Below, one piece after another: positions 1-9,087 of a stretch of 64,000 nucleotides of DNA (the first letter of the stretch is position 1; the number at the start of each line of letters is the position of its first letter). Position numbers and translations under genes: made by a program. The DNA is from Candidatus Aenigmatarchaeota archaeon (GTDB taxonomy: Archaea; Aenigmatarchaeota; Aenigmatarchaeia; CG10238-14; SCSR01), in assembly GCA_039000165.1 (NCBI GenBank), contig JAWBTW010000002.1:1-64000 (forward strand). Direction: 5' to 3'. The notes under the pieces were generated by a model. The model saw nothing but the letters and a program-made list of their open reading frames with translations. It ran no database searches and was not told the DNA's origin.

Positions 1-174
1 CTTGACAGAGGAATACTTACAGGAAAAAGGCTTGGGATAAAAACAATATTTATAAAAAGGTTAGAACATAGCCATAAATATGTTCCGCTAAAAGAAAAAG
101 TTAAGCCAGACATTTCAGTTAAAAAGTTAAGCGAAGCTTACAAAATAATTAAGAGAATAAGCATGGGCCTGTAG
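1..174 (+). CDS. 3' end of a HAD-superfamily hydrolase (partial)
   Basis: Frame 1 reads LDRGILTGKRLGIKTIFIKR...KPDISVKKLSEAYKII...GL*, a typical HAD C-terminus; the stop TAG at 172-174 lies inside the tRNA-Lys 5' end. Confidence 0.6.
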   Translation, partial: LDRGILTGKRLGIKTIFIKRLEHSHKYVPLKEKVKPDISVKKLSEAYKIIKRISMGL

Positions 175-238
175 CTCAGCATGGTAGAGCAGCTGGCTCT
201 TAACCAGAAGGTCCCGGGTTCAAATCCCGGCAGGCCCA
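165..238 (+). tRNA. tRNA-Lys(CTT)
   Basis: Acceptor GGGCCTG/CAGGCCC, D-arm GCTC/GAGC, anticodon loop CT-CTT-AA, T-arm CCGGG-TTCAAAT-CCCGG; no encoded CCA. Confidence 0.97.
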
Positions 239-280
239 CAAAGTTTAAAAGTTTTACTTTCTTAATTATTGAAGGGGAAA

Positions 281-355
281 ATGCCTGCAGGCCTTGTATT
301 AAAAAGAAGTAAGGAAAAGGGAAAAATTAAAGCAAAAAAAAGTTGGGGACACTAG
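281..355 (+). CDS. Putative RiPP precursor peptide 1, 24 aa (MPAGLVLKRSKEKGKIKAKKSWGH)
   Basis: Hand-translated; purine-rich SD-like GAAGGGGA directly upstream, TTTAAAA box about 30 nt upstream; stops 4 nt before the radical SAM gene; homologous to the peptide at 38934-39011. Confidence 0.8.
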   Translation: MPAGLVLKRSKEKGKIKAKKSWGH

Positions 356-359
356 ATTT

Positions 360-1352
360 TTGATTAAACTGATGGAAAACGGTAGTATTCTCTACAACCC
401 ACTTTCATTTAGATTTTATTATTTAGATAAATCTCAAACAGAAAAATTCTTAAAAGAAAACAAAAAAGTTAAAGTTTTAACACCTAAAGTTTCTAATCCG
501 TTTATTCTCTGTTTTTTTGACTTAACATATAAATGTAACTTAAAGTGCATTCATTGTCATAATGCTTATGAAAATATAAGAGAACTTACTTATGAGCAGA
601 AACTAAACGCCTTGAATCAGATTTTTGATTTAGGGGTTCTCCACATAAGTTTTGGTGGCGGAGAACCAACCCTCTATGAACATCTACTTGATATCCTCAA
701 GTATACTTCAAGACATACAACTTGTTCATTTGTGACTAATGGTACTCTACTTGACAAGGAATTCTGCAAAAAATTAAGGGGTTTGGTTTCTTACGTAGGT
801 GTGAGTTTAGACGGATTTAGAGAAACTCATGCCAAAATAAGAAATGCCGACATTTTCGATAAGGTTATAGAATCCATACAAATGCTTATTAGATATAAAA
901 TACCAGTTAGGGTAACCACGACTCCGACAAAAATAAATTACAAAGAGTTACCAGCTTTAGGTCGGTTTGTGCTTAAGGATTTAAAAGTATCTGCTTGGAA
1001 AATAATGAAATATATTCCGGAAGGAGGAAAAGGATTAGAACTAGCTTTAACTGACGAAGAAGAAAAATGGCTTTATACACAAATTAACAAATTAAGTAAA
1101 GAAAAGATTGATTACTATTTGTGTATAAAATGCCCTGCAGGAAAATCAGTTTTTAGTGTGTATGCGAATGGAGATGTTTCTCCATGTGGTTTTGCTCCTT
1201 TTATGATTTCTGGAAATTTACTTAAAACCCCACTAGTTGAAATACTGCAAAACGGTACTTTTTTTAAACTTATGAGAATAGTGAAATCTAATAAATGCAT
1301 TTCTGCAAACTTTTGGAGAGAAAATAAATTTTACAAAACTCCCGGTTGGTGA
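360..1352 (+). CDS. Radical SAM protein with SPASM/twitch-type C-terminus (putative peptide maturase 1)
   Basis: CNLKCIHC (CxxxCxxC), GGGEPTL, TNG and SLDG motifs; C-terminal CPAG...ANGDVSPC...GN. Confidence 0.92.
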   Translation: MIKLMENGSILYNPLSFRFYYLDKSQTEKFLKENKKVKVLTPKVSNPFILCFFDLTYKCNLKCIHCHNAYENIRELTYEQKLNALNQIFDLGVLHISFGGGEPTLYEHLLDILKYTSRHTTCSFVTNGTLLDKEFCKKLRGLVSYVGVSLDGFRETHAKIRNADIFDKVIESIQMLIRYKIPVRVTTTPTKINYKELPALGRFVLKDLKVSAWKIMKYIPEGGKGLELALTDEEEKWLYTQINKLSKEKIDYYLCIKCPAGKSVFSVYANGDVSPCGFAPFMISGNLLKTPLVEILQNGTFFKLMRIVKSNKCISANFWRENKFYKTPGW

Positions 1353-1356
1353 AAAC

Positions 1357-2418
1357 ATGGAGAGATTTTACTTTGGTTCGGTTGTTTGGAATGGAGAAAT
1401 GCACAACATATACTTAGAAAAAAAAGTAATCAGGTACAGATACTTACAACAAATGAAAAATGTCACTTACAGGAACGAAGGTCTTTTAGAAATTGGTATA
1501 AGATCTATACTTAAAAAAGCAAAATTTGTCAATGTTATCAATCAGAATGATAATTTAAAAGAAATATTACTCTTACTAAACTTTGAAGACATAGGCGATC
1601 TTTGTAGGCTTTGCTATTCTGGCGATAACTTAAACGGAATTATAGACGAGAAAAGCAACGAAATTATTGGCTACACTTATAGAGGGGTGGAAACACCTAA
1701 ATCACAATCGAGAAAAGCATTTTATCCAAAGTATTTTAAAATAGAAAACGATGCATACTGTGGTTTAGAATTTAAGGGTTGTGGAAAAGAAGGAGAAACA
1801 ATCATTTTAGACAAATTCAGGAAAGTTGGTAACACAGAAAAAGATTATGGATGTGAGGGTGGACTATATCTTTTTGAAGCTTTAGATGAAACGAACATGC
1901 TTATAAGAATGAATAAAAAAAATCCTGTTTTAATCGCTTCATTTGAATTACCGATTGAAGTTAATTCACCATACTATCAAACACAAAAATTAGGGTTAAT
2001 GGTTAGGGGTGTGAAATCATCTATAAGGATTTCAGAAATGGTAGACACAGGAAAAGAAATCATAAGTAGTTTAAACATCAAACCTGAAGAATATTGTCAA
2101 GTAGTTAGTGAGAATATCTTCAAAGAAGCGAAACAACTATTTGAAATAGGATACGTACACGTATCACCAACAGAACAAAATACTGATGCTACAGGAAGCA
2201 TTACGGATTTATCCTTCTTACCAAAATTAGAAAAACTTACTGACATTTATTGTAACCTCCTTAATTATGTAAGAATAGCAAACTCTGTTTGGAAATATAC
2301 AAGTGGGAAGGAAAATAAAAAATCTGTTATAGAAACTGTAAAAGATGTTTTTGAAGTTGAAACCAACTCTTTAAAGAAAATTTCTGAAGAAATATACAGC
2401 AGGTTTCAACAGAGTTAA
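1357..2418 (+). CDS. Uncharacterised protein with SelO/YdiU-like kinase-fold motifs
   Basis: LEFKGCG, LMVRGVKSSIRISE and GYVHVSPTEQN...GSITD resemble SelO LKGxG, RxAxSxIR and GFxHGxxNxDN...TID; starts 4 nt after the rSAM stop. Confidence 0.5.
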   Translation: MERFYFGSVVWNGEMHNIYLEKKVIRYRYLQQMKNVTYRNEGLLEIGIRSILKKAKFVNVINQNDNLKEILLLLNFEDIGDLCRLCYSGDNLNGIIDEKSNEIIGYTYRGVETPKSQSRKAFYPKYFKIENDAYCGLEFKGCGKEGETIILDKFRKVGNTEKDYGCEGGLYLFEALDETNMLIRMNKKNPVLIASFELPIEVNSPYYQTQKLGLMVRGVKSSIRISEMVDTGKEIISSLNIKPEEYCQVVSENIFKEAKQLFEIGYVHVSPTEQNTDATGSITDLSFLPKLEKLTDIYCNLLNYVRIANSVWKYTSGKENKKSVIETVKDVFEVETNSLKKISEEIYSRFQQS

Positions 2419-2425
2419 AATCTGA

Positions 2426-3061
2426 TTAAATTATTTTTTGAACAATTAAACCTAAAGCGTAATCAACTCTTTTAATTCTTTTAAATCCTGTCTCTTTCAA
2501 CCTTCTTACTATCCCTTTCAAGTAATTTTTTCCTTGAAGTTGACCAGGTTTTCCTATGTAATGAAAAATTTTTCCATTATTTTTAAGAACTCTAAACAAT
2601 TCAGAGTAAAATTCTTTTGAGTAAAGCTCGGGAGCTAAAGAAATTCTCGGCGGGTCATGAATTACAAAATCAAAAAAGTCTTCAGGAAATTTTTTTATTT
2701 CCTCAAAAACATCTCCTTGAATTAAAAAAATTTTTGGATTTTCAAAAAGCTCTTTTGAATATGGGTTAAGCCTAGCAATTTTAATTACATTTTTATCCTT
2801 TTCTACTGTAAAGACCTTTTCAACTTTCCTTTTCCTTGCAGCCAGGATTGCAGTATAGCCTAAACCTGCGCAGGTATCTAAAATTTTTCCATGAATTCTT
2901 CCCAAACTTCTAACCTTTAGAATAGAATCAAGCTTAGGGTCGACTTCTTTTATTCTGTGCATGTGAATTCCTGAAATTTCTAGAGTCGGCCAAGTCTTTG
3001 TTTGAACAAGCCGATAAAACTTCTTGGTTTTCTTACTAAAAAACTTGATTTCTTCTCGCAT
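2426..3061 (-). CDS. SAM-dependent methyltransferase (archaeal COG2521-like)
   Basis: LDTCAGLGYTA motif I, IHDPPR, PTLEISGIHMHR. Confidence 0.85.
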   Translation of the reverse strand: MREEIKFFSKKTKKFYRLVQTKTWPTLEISGIHMHRIKEVDPKLDSILKVRSLGRIHGKILDTCAGLGYTAILAARKRKVEKVFTVEKDKNVIKIARLNPYSKELFENPKIFLIQGDVFEEIKKFPEDFFDFVIHDPPRISLAPELYSKEFYSELFRVLKNNGKIFHYIGKPGQLQGKNYLKGIVRRLKETGFKRIKRVDYALGLIVQKII

Positions 3062-3152
3062 AAGAATAATTTGAAACTTAAAAAGTTTAAGTTAAGTTTG
3101 CTTGTTTTTTAAATCATATTCTATTTTTAATACCTTAAATTAAAATGATAAT

Positions 3153-4133
3153 ATGTGGATTGTTGAAACTTTTAATCTGACAAAAGAATTTAACGGTCTT
3201 AAAGCTGTTAATAAAGTAAGTCTAAAAATTAAAGAAGGGGAAATTTTTGGTCTGCTTGGACCGAACGGAGCAGGAAAAACAACTTTTATTTCAATGCTTT
3301 GTACTCTATTGAAACCAACAAAAGGAACAGCAAAAGTTAACGGTTTTGATATAATTAAAGAGCAAAGGAATGTTAGAAAATCTATAGGTATAGTTTTTCA
3401 AGACCCTAGCCTAGATAACAGATTAACAGCAAAAGAAAACTTAGAAATGCATGCTCGCTTGTATAGCGTGCCAAAAGAAGAAAGAAAGAAGAGAATAGAA
3501 GAAGTTTTAAAATTAGTTGGACTTTATGAAAGAGCTAACGAGCTTGTTAGAAATTATTCTGGAGGAATGAAAAGAAGGTTAGAAATAGCAAGGGGTTTGA
3601 TACATTACCCAAAAGTTCTTTTTTTAGACGAGCCTACTTTAGGTTTAGACCCTCAGACAAGAGAACACATTTGGGAATACATAAAGAAACTAGCTGAAAA
3701 AGAAAACATTACAATTTTACTAACAACTCATTACATGGAAGAAGCTGATGCTTTGTGTGATAGAGTGGCTATAATGGATTATGGAGAAATAAAAGTTTTA
3801 GATACTCCTGAAAATTTGAAAAATAGTTTGGAAGGAGATGTCATAACCTTAGAAGTAAAAAATGCTGAAAAATTTTTGGAAAAAGTTAAAAAGTTAGATT
3901 CGATAAGGAAAGTTCAAGTTACAGAAAAGAAAATTAGTATGACCGTTAAAAATGCTGAAAAGTTTACACCAAAGTTATTAGAATTTGCTAGGAAGAATAA
4001 ATTTTTTGTCGAGTCTATAAGCATAAGAAAACCTAGCCTTGGAGACGTTTTTCTCCATTATACAGGAAGAGAAATCAGAGAAGAAACAGAAGAAAGCAAA
4101 GAAATGATGAAAAGGAGAGCGAGAATGATATGA
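3153..4133 (+). CDS. ABC-2/DrrA-type exporter ATP-binding subunit
   Basis: GPNGAGKTT, YSGGMKRR, LFLDEPT. Confidence 0.95.
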   Translation: MWIVETFNLTKEFNGLKAVNKVSLKIKEGEIFGLLGPNGAGKTTFISMLCTLLKPTKGTAKVNGFDIIKEQRNVRKSIGIVFQDPSLDNRLTAKENLEMHARLYSVPKEERKKRIEEVLKLVGLYERANELVRNYSGGMKRRLEIARGLIHYPKVLFLDEPTLGLDPQTREHIWEYIKKLAEKENITILLTTHYMEEADALCDRVAIMDYGEIKVLDTPENLKNSLEGDVITLEVKNAEKFLEKVKKLDSIRKVQVTEKKISMTVKNAEKFTPKLLEFARKNKFFVESISIRKPSLGDVFLHYTGREIREETEESKEMMKRRARMI

Positions 4134-4873
4134 GTGAGCTTGAAGGAATTTACACAATATGGCTAAGAGAAATTAAAAGGTACTTGAGAGATAGAGCAAG
4201 AATTGTTAGTTCTATAGTTCAACCTTTGCTTTTCTTGGTTGTTTTGGGTGGTGGCTTTTCTTTTGTTAGGATAAGCGAGTTAAACTATCAAACTTTTTTG
4301 TTTCCTGGTATAGTTGTAATTTCCTTAGTTGGTGTTTCAATAGCTTCAGGAATTTCTGTTATATGGGATAGAGAATTTGGCTTTCTAAAGGAAATTCTCG
4401 TTTCTCCTATTTCAAGAACTTCCATATTTGCTGGAAAAGCTTTGGGAAGTTGTACAGTAGCTTTAATTCAAGGTATTATCATCCTAAGCCTATCATTTAT
4501 CTTAGGAATTCATGTTACTTTCTACTCATTCTTAATTACCATAGCTCTAATGGCTGTAATTTCCTTAGGCTTAGTAAGTGTTGGTTTAATAATAGCTTCT
4601 TTGATAGAAACGATGGAAAGTTTTGGGTTGATAATGAATTTCATAATATTTCCGTTAATTTTCTTAAGTGGTGCTTTTTTCCCTATACAAGAAGCTCCTG
4701 AGTGGCTTAAGTTTATCTCTTATTTAAACCCTTTAACTTATGGAGTAGAGGCTGTAAGGTTTATTTTAATCGGTTTATCTTCTATTCCATTTTATACAAG
4801 CTTAGTTGTTATTTGTACTTTTTCTTTTACCATGATTTTACTAGGTGGAGTTGCGTTTAGCAAGCAAAAATAA
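4130..4873 (+). CDS. ABC-2 type exporter permease
   Basis: Multiple TM segments, DREFGFLKEILVSP, NPLTY; ATGA overlap with the ATPase gene. Confidence 0.93.
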   Translation: MSELEGIYTIWLREIKRYLRDRARIVSSIVQPLLFLVVLGGGFSFVRISELNYQTFLFPGIVVISLVGVSIASGISVIWDREFGFLKEILVSPISRTSIFAGKALGSCTVALIQGIIILSLSFILGIHVTFYSFLITIALMAVISLGLVSVGLIIASLIETMESFGLIMNFIIFPLIFLSGAFFPIQEAPEWLKFISYLNPLTYGVEAVRFILIGLSSIPFYTSLVVICTFSFTMILLGGVAFSKQK

Positions 4874-4883
4874 CTTTATTTGT

Positions 4884-5303
4884 TTAACTTTCTATTCTTA
4901 TTTTCTTCGAAACAGAAGCCAAAAGTGTGTTGTTGTAAACAAGCTGTACGTTTATTTCATGTTCTCCAGGAGCAATTCCTGTACAAGCGCTACAATAAGG
5001 TGCTCTAAAATAAAAATCGAACAAATTTTCTCCTTTTCTCAAATTAACAACCTGGTTTGAAGAAATATAGTCTCCATACCTTCCTTTAATTCCAAAAACT
5101 TTTATTTCCACATCTTCCAAATCCTTGGAAGAAAAGAATGAAACATTTACTTTAATTTCTTCGCCTTGAGTATAAGCTTCTTTATCAGTAAAGATTTCTA
5201 ACTTGTTTTCAAATTTTTCGGTTAAATTTTCTTCTGGCTTTAAAAAATACACTAGCAAAAAGAGCGAAACAAAAAATAAAAGTATTGTAGCTAAGACTTT
5301 CAT
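4884..5303 (-). CDS. Secreted/membrane-anchored Ig-like protein
   Basis: N-terminal hydrophobic segment, TDKxxYxxGE beta-sandwich start, CxxC. Confidence 0.6.
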   Translation of the reverse strand: MKVLATILLFFVSLFLLVYFLKPEENLTEKFENKLEIFTDKEAYTQGEEIKVNVSFFSSKDLEDVEIKVFGIKGRYGDYISSNQVVNLRKGENLFDFYFRAPYCSACTGIAPGEHEINVQLVYNNTLLASVSKKIRIES

Positions 5304-5308
5304 AAAAT

Positions 5309-6310
5309 TTATTTATCTTGAAGAGCTATTAAAGTTGGTTTTTCTTTTCTCAAAAAGCCTAAGCTACATTCTATATCTGTAAGCAAATCGCGTAAGTGAT
5401 TTTCCAAACTTTTTTCTTCCTCTTTTTCCAGTTCACTCAACTTTTCATTTACACCAAGAGCTTCTGAAAAGTTTTCAAAAATTTTTAAGGATTTTTCATA
5501 CAAATCCCTTAGCCCAAAATTTTTTAGAAGCTTGTTCAGAGGTTCCCAACTTAACTTGTACTCCCTAAAATTACTGTCAAAAGCTAAGGCTGACTTTAAT
5601 TTCTCGTAATATTCTTCAATTTCGCTTACATCTTTTGGCTTTACCAAAGCATACTCTCCTGACTCTAAGTAAAGGGAAAGAATCTCATCATAACCTAAAA
5701 ATTTCTGGCTTAACTTTCTTAAAAATAAGCTCGGGTTACTTTCTCTGCTTATATTCTTTATAAGAACTCTTATAACTTTTTGATGAATTTTTTCAAGCTC
5801 AAGAGGTTTACCACTTATGCCAAAAGTTTGTATGGTTAGTTTCTTTACATTTTCCCAAAGCTCTTGACAAACCTTAAATCCTTCTAAGCTTCTGTAATCT
5901 TCGAAGCTTGATTTTATCTCATGATCAAAAACATAGCCTAAATTTTCCAAGTAGTTTAAAGTCGTTCTTTCGACCCACTTTCCTATCCCAGTAAAAACTT
6001 CTCTCGTTTCTTTTAAATTTTCATCTTCTCTAAAAGGGTTTTCAACATTCTCAAGGTAGAACGCATAAGGCTGAAAAAAAGAAATTACACAAGCGCTATA
6101 CTGTTTTAATCTTCTCTCATCCAAGCTGTAAGAATTTATAAAAATTTTAAACTCTCTCTCGTCGAAGTAACCAAAAGTATTTTCAAACTCGCTATTACTT
6201 AAATCAGCAAGAATTACTTTTGAAGTATTGGTAAGAGAAAGAATGCCTGAAGTAAATGAAAGAACATCATTCTTCACTTTATTTACTAGGTCTTCCGTAA
6301 AACTCACCAT
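5309..6310 (-). CDS. Hypothetical protein
   Basis: 333-aa ORF in an overlapping operon with the HAD and TrmB genes. Confidence 0.7.
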   Translation of the reverse strand: MVSFTEDLVNKVKNDVLSFTSGILSLTNTSKVILADLSNSEFENTFGYFDEREFKIFINSYSLDERRLKQYSACVISFFQPYAFYLENVENPFREDENLKETREVFTGIGKWVERTTLNYLENLGYVFDHEIKSSFEDYRSLEGFKVCQELWENVKKLTIQTFGISGKPLELEKIHQKVIRVLIKNISRESNPSLFLRKLSQKFLGYDEILSLYLESGEYALVKPKDVSEIEEYYEKLKSALAFDSNFREYKLSWEPLNKLLKNFGLRDLYEKSLKIFENFSEALGVNEKLSELEKEEEKSLENHLRDLLTDIECSLGFLRKEKPTLIALQDK

Positions 6311-7583
6311 CTATTTTACTTTTTGTTAGTTCTTCAATTTTATCCAAAAAATTTTTCTTTACTACTTCTTTCTCATCCAACTCAGGAACTTTTTCTTTCA
6401 ACCTAAGATAGATAGAAGAAGCTAAACTTTTAATTTTTTCTTCCTCAGTTGCGAGTTTAAGCTTCAATACATACTCGTCTAAACCAAAAAAGCTTTTAGA
6501 ATAGATTGGAGAAAGGATTGAAAGCAGACTTTCTACATAATTGAGAAACTTTAATTTATTTCCAACCAGATCTTTCCCTTTTTGGATTTCTCTTTCTGTT
6601 TCACTTAAACTTAAGCACAGTTTAATAATTTCCATCTCATTTTCTGGTACCCTTAAGAAATAAGTTATATTCAATAAATCCCATCTTTTAAGGAAGTGTG
6701 CAACTATCTTCATGCCCTCGTATCCATTGTAATTCTCTCCCTTTCTTCTAACCTCAGGTAAACAAACAAAAAATTCATCAAAAACTTCAGGTTTATCAGA
6801 AACAAAAATTCTAAAACCAGCTTGTGAGGAAGGAGCTGAATCGCTTCTTGGATTATCTGTCATAAAAATTGAAAACTTACTTTTGCACCTATAAAAATTT
6901 AAAAATTTTTCAAAAGCTTCGGCTTTCTTAAAGTTAAGTCTTGGTAAAATTATTCCTGTAAACCTATTGTTCTTGTCAAAATTGTAAACAGAACCGAAAC
7001 AATTTTCTTTTAAAATTCCCAACCTTTCAGCTAAGTATCTCACAGCTTCTAAGTAAGCTCCAGAGTTAAGTCCTACAGAATAACCTAAGTCTTTGATTTC
7101 ATTCAAACCTTCAAAAGAATAAGGAATTTTTTCAAATTCTTTTGCAGCATTTTTTGCAGCCTCGTTCAAATCTTCTTTTTTTAAGTTAAGCTCAGCTAAC
7201 CTTTTGCCGAATTTTTTGACTAACTTTTTAATGTCTAATTCGCTTACGTTTAAAAAAGAAGAAACTTTGCCGATTTGACCCATGAGCTCTTTCAATTCGT
7301 TTATTTCTTTGCTTTGAAGTGGTAAGCCTTCCAACCATAACGTTGAAAGATTTTTTGAACCTTCTGGGTTAAGTGTATCATCAACGTCAAACATTATTGC
7401 TTTTAAAGAGTTTGAAAAAGTCCCACCCCAACTCTTTTCAATAAAAAATACAGAACTTAAACTTGGGTCAAAAAATAAGTCTTTCTCAAGATAAAGCTCG
7501 CTTAAGACTTTTTTATAATTTTCTCTTTCATTAAAACTTGAAAGGCTCTGCATTTTTCCACAAACTTTTGAGGTAAACATCAA
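6279..7583 (-). CDS. HAD-family hydrolase (phosphoserine phosphatase-like) with helical C-terminal extension
   Basis: FDVDDTL motif I, LNSGA motif II, K, TDNPRSD motif IV; start uncertain. Confidence 0.75.
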   Translation of the reverse strand: MMFTSKVCGKMQSLSSFNERENYKKVLSELYLEKDLFFDPSLSSVFFIEKSWGGTFSNSLKAIMFDVDDTLNPEGSKNLSTLWLEGLPLQSKEINELKELMGQIGKVSSFLNVSELDIKKLVKKFGKRLAELNLKKEDLNEAAKNAAKEFEKIPYSFEGLNEIKDLGYSVGLNSGAYLEAVRYLAERLGILKENCFGSVYNFDKNNRFTGIILPRLNFKKAEAFEKFLNFYRCKSKFSIFMTDNPRSDSAPSSQAGFRIFVSDKPEVFDEFFVCLPEVRRKGENYNGYEGMKIVAHFLKRWDLLNITYFLRVPENEMEIIKLCLSLSETEREIQKGKDLVGNKLKFLNYVESLLSILSPIYSKSFFGLDEYVLKLKLATEEEKIKSLASSIYLRLKEKVPELDEKEVVKKNFLDKIEELTKSKIDGEFYGRPSK

Positions 7584-8319
7584 AAACTTTAACTAAGGAG
7601 GCATCACTAGACCATACTGAAGTAAACCTAAAACTTTCTTTTTTCATTTCGGTATCAAGTCTTAGCAAAATTTCCCTACCATCTATATCAATCATTCTTG
7701 GGTGCAAATTTGTCTTAAAAACTCTTATCTCTACTCCATGATCGTTAAACCATTTTGCTCTTCTGTAGTTTGACTCGTTTATTCCCCCTATCGCAATAGT
7801 TCTAATTTTTACTCCTCTTCTTATACAAGAATCAACAGCCTCAGCAAGGTTAGAAGTCCAAGAAAAATCTCTGCTTACAACATAAGCATAACTTTTTGCT
7901 CTATCAAACATATCACAAAGCCTATCTATGAAATCTTTCCATCCTTTTCCTTGAGAAGTCCAGATTCCATTCAAAACTTGACTCTCAATTCTTGGCTTAA
8001 GAATAAAAGAAATTTTTTCTACTTTTTCTTTAGCTTCTCTTATTTTTCTTTCGTTCTCTTCTATTAAATTTCTAAGCGAAACTTCTGGACTAACTGCCTT
8101 AAATTCTTTCGGTCTTATACTATAAACTTCTACCAATTGCCTTTCGGCTAGCCTCTCAAGAACTTCATAAATTTTTGATTGAGGAACTTTTGACTCTCTA
8201 CTTATCTCACTTGCTTTAGAAGGACCAAGAAAAACTAAAGCGGAATAAACTTTGGCTTCATAATCGTTCATACCAAAGTTTTTAAGTAAATTCACAAGTT
8301 CTTCGCTACTTATCTCCAC
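7531..8319 (-). CDS. TrmB-family transcriptional regulator
   Basis: FGMNDYEAKVYSAL...VPQSKIYEVLERL wHTH plus C-terminal effector domain (HPRMIDIDG). Confidence 0.9.
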   Translation of the reverse strand: MEISSEELVNLLKNFGMNDYEAKVYSALVFLGPSKASEISRESKVPQSKIYEVLERLAERQLVEVYSIRPKEFKAVSPEVSLRNLIEENERKIREAKEKVEKISFILKPRIESQVLNGIWTSQGKGWKDFIDRLCDMFDRAKSYAYVVSRDFSWTSNLAEAVDSCIRRGVKIRTIAIGGINESNYRRAKWFNDHGVEIRVFKTNLHPRMIDIDGREILLRLDTEMKKESFRFTSVWSSDASLVKVFDVYLKSLWKNAEPFKF

Positions 8320-8479
8320 AAATTAAAAGTAAACTCAAGAATATAAAAATCTTTTGAATTTTACCACTTGAGTGGTGAATCTAAGAAAACTACAGAAGTG
8401 GTAAATTCCACGAGTTTTTGTCAAACTATAGTACCATAACTATATCATACTTCTTCTTTCAAGCTTAAGTCGTGAGAAA

Positions 8480-8782
8480 ATGAAAGTTGTCAAATTTTTG
8501 AAAGGCTACTTTAAACCTTTACCATTATTGGGTGGACTTCTTGGGTCTGGAGCACTTTACTGGGCAGGTTTTTGTGTGGGCTTTTTGAAAGAAAGTATAC
8601 CAAACCTTTTACCAAGTTTGGCTAGCGGAAACTATCATCAACTTTTTTATAATTCCTTTCAAACTGCTTACAACTACGCTGCCCAACTTGGCTTGATTGG
8701 GGGAATAAGCGGAACCATTCTCACAAGACATGGTTTGGATTATCTTGGCAAAAAAATTTGGAAGAAAAAGGAGGTGAAATAA
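8480..8782 (+). CDS. Small glycine-rich membrane protein
   Basis: Two hydrophobic Gly-rich segments; first gene of an operon divergent from the TrmB gene. Confidence 0.6.
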   Translation: MKVVKFLKGYFKPLPLLGGLLGSGALYWAGFCVGFLKESIPNLLPSLASGNYHQLFYNSFQTAYNYAAQLGLIGGISGTILTRHGLDYLGKKIWKKKEVK

Positions 8783-9087
8783 TGGGAATAATTGATTGGT
8801 TAAAAACTCCTGAAGGAGCTTTTGTTATTGCTTTGCCTATAGGCTACTTTGGAGGGAAATGGCTAGAAGGAAAAATTACAGATTACTTACAAAAAAACAG
8901 AGAAGTGATGAGAGAAAATATAAAACAGGCTATAAGAGAAGGTTTAAGTGGTAACCCTGAACCAACCTATTCTTTAATCACGAAAGAAATCCAAAAATTG
9001 GAAAACAAACTTGAAAACTTGATTTTAAGCCAATACCAAGAGCTTAGCTCAAGAATTTCGAAACTTGAAAAATATAAGAAAGAGTGA
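8782..9087 (+). CDS. Small membrane-anchored coiled-coil protein
   Basis: ATG at 8782 preceded by a GGAGGTG SD; single TM followed by coiled coil. Confidence 0.65.
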   Translation: MGIIDWLKTPEGAFVIALPIGYFGGKWLEGKITDYLQKNREVMRENIKQAIREGLSGNPEPTYSLITKEIQKLENKLENLILSQYQELSSRISKLEKYKKE

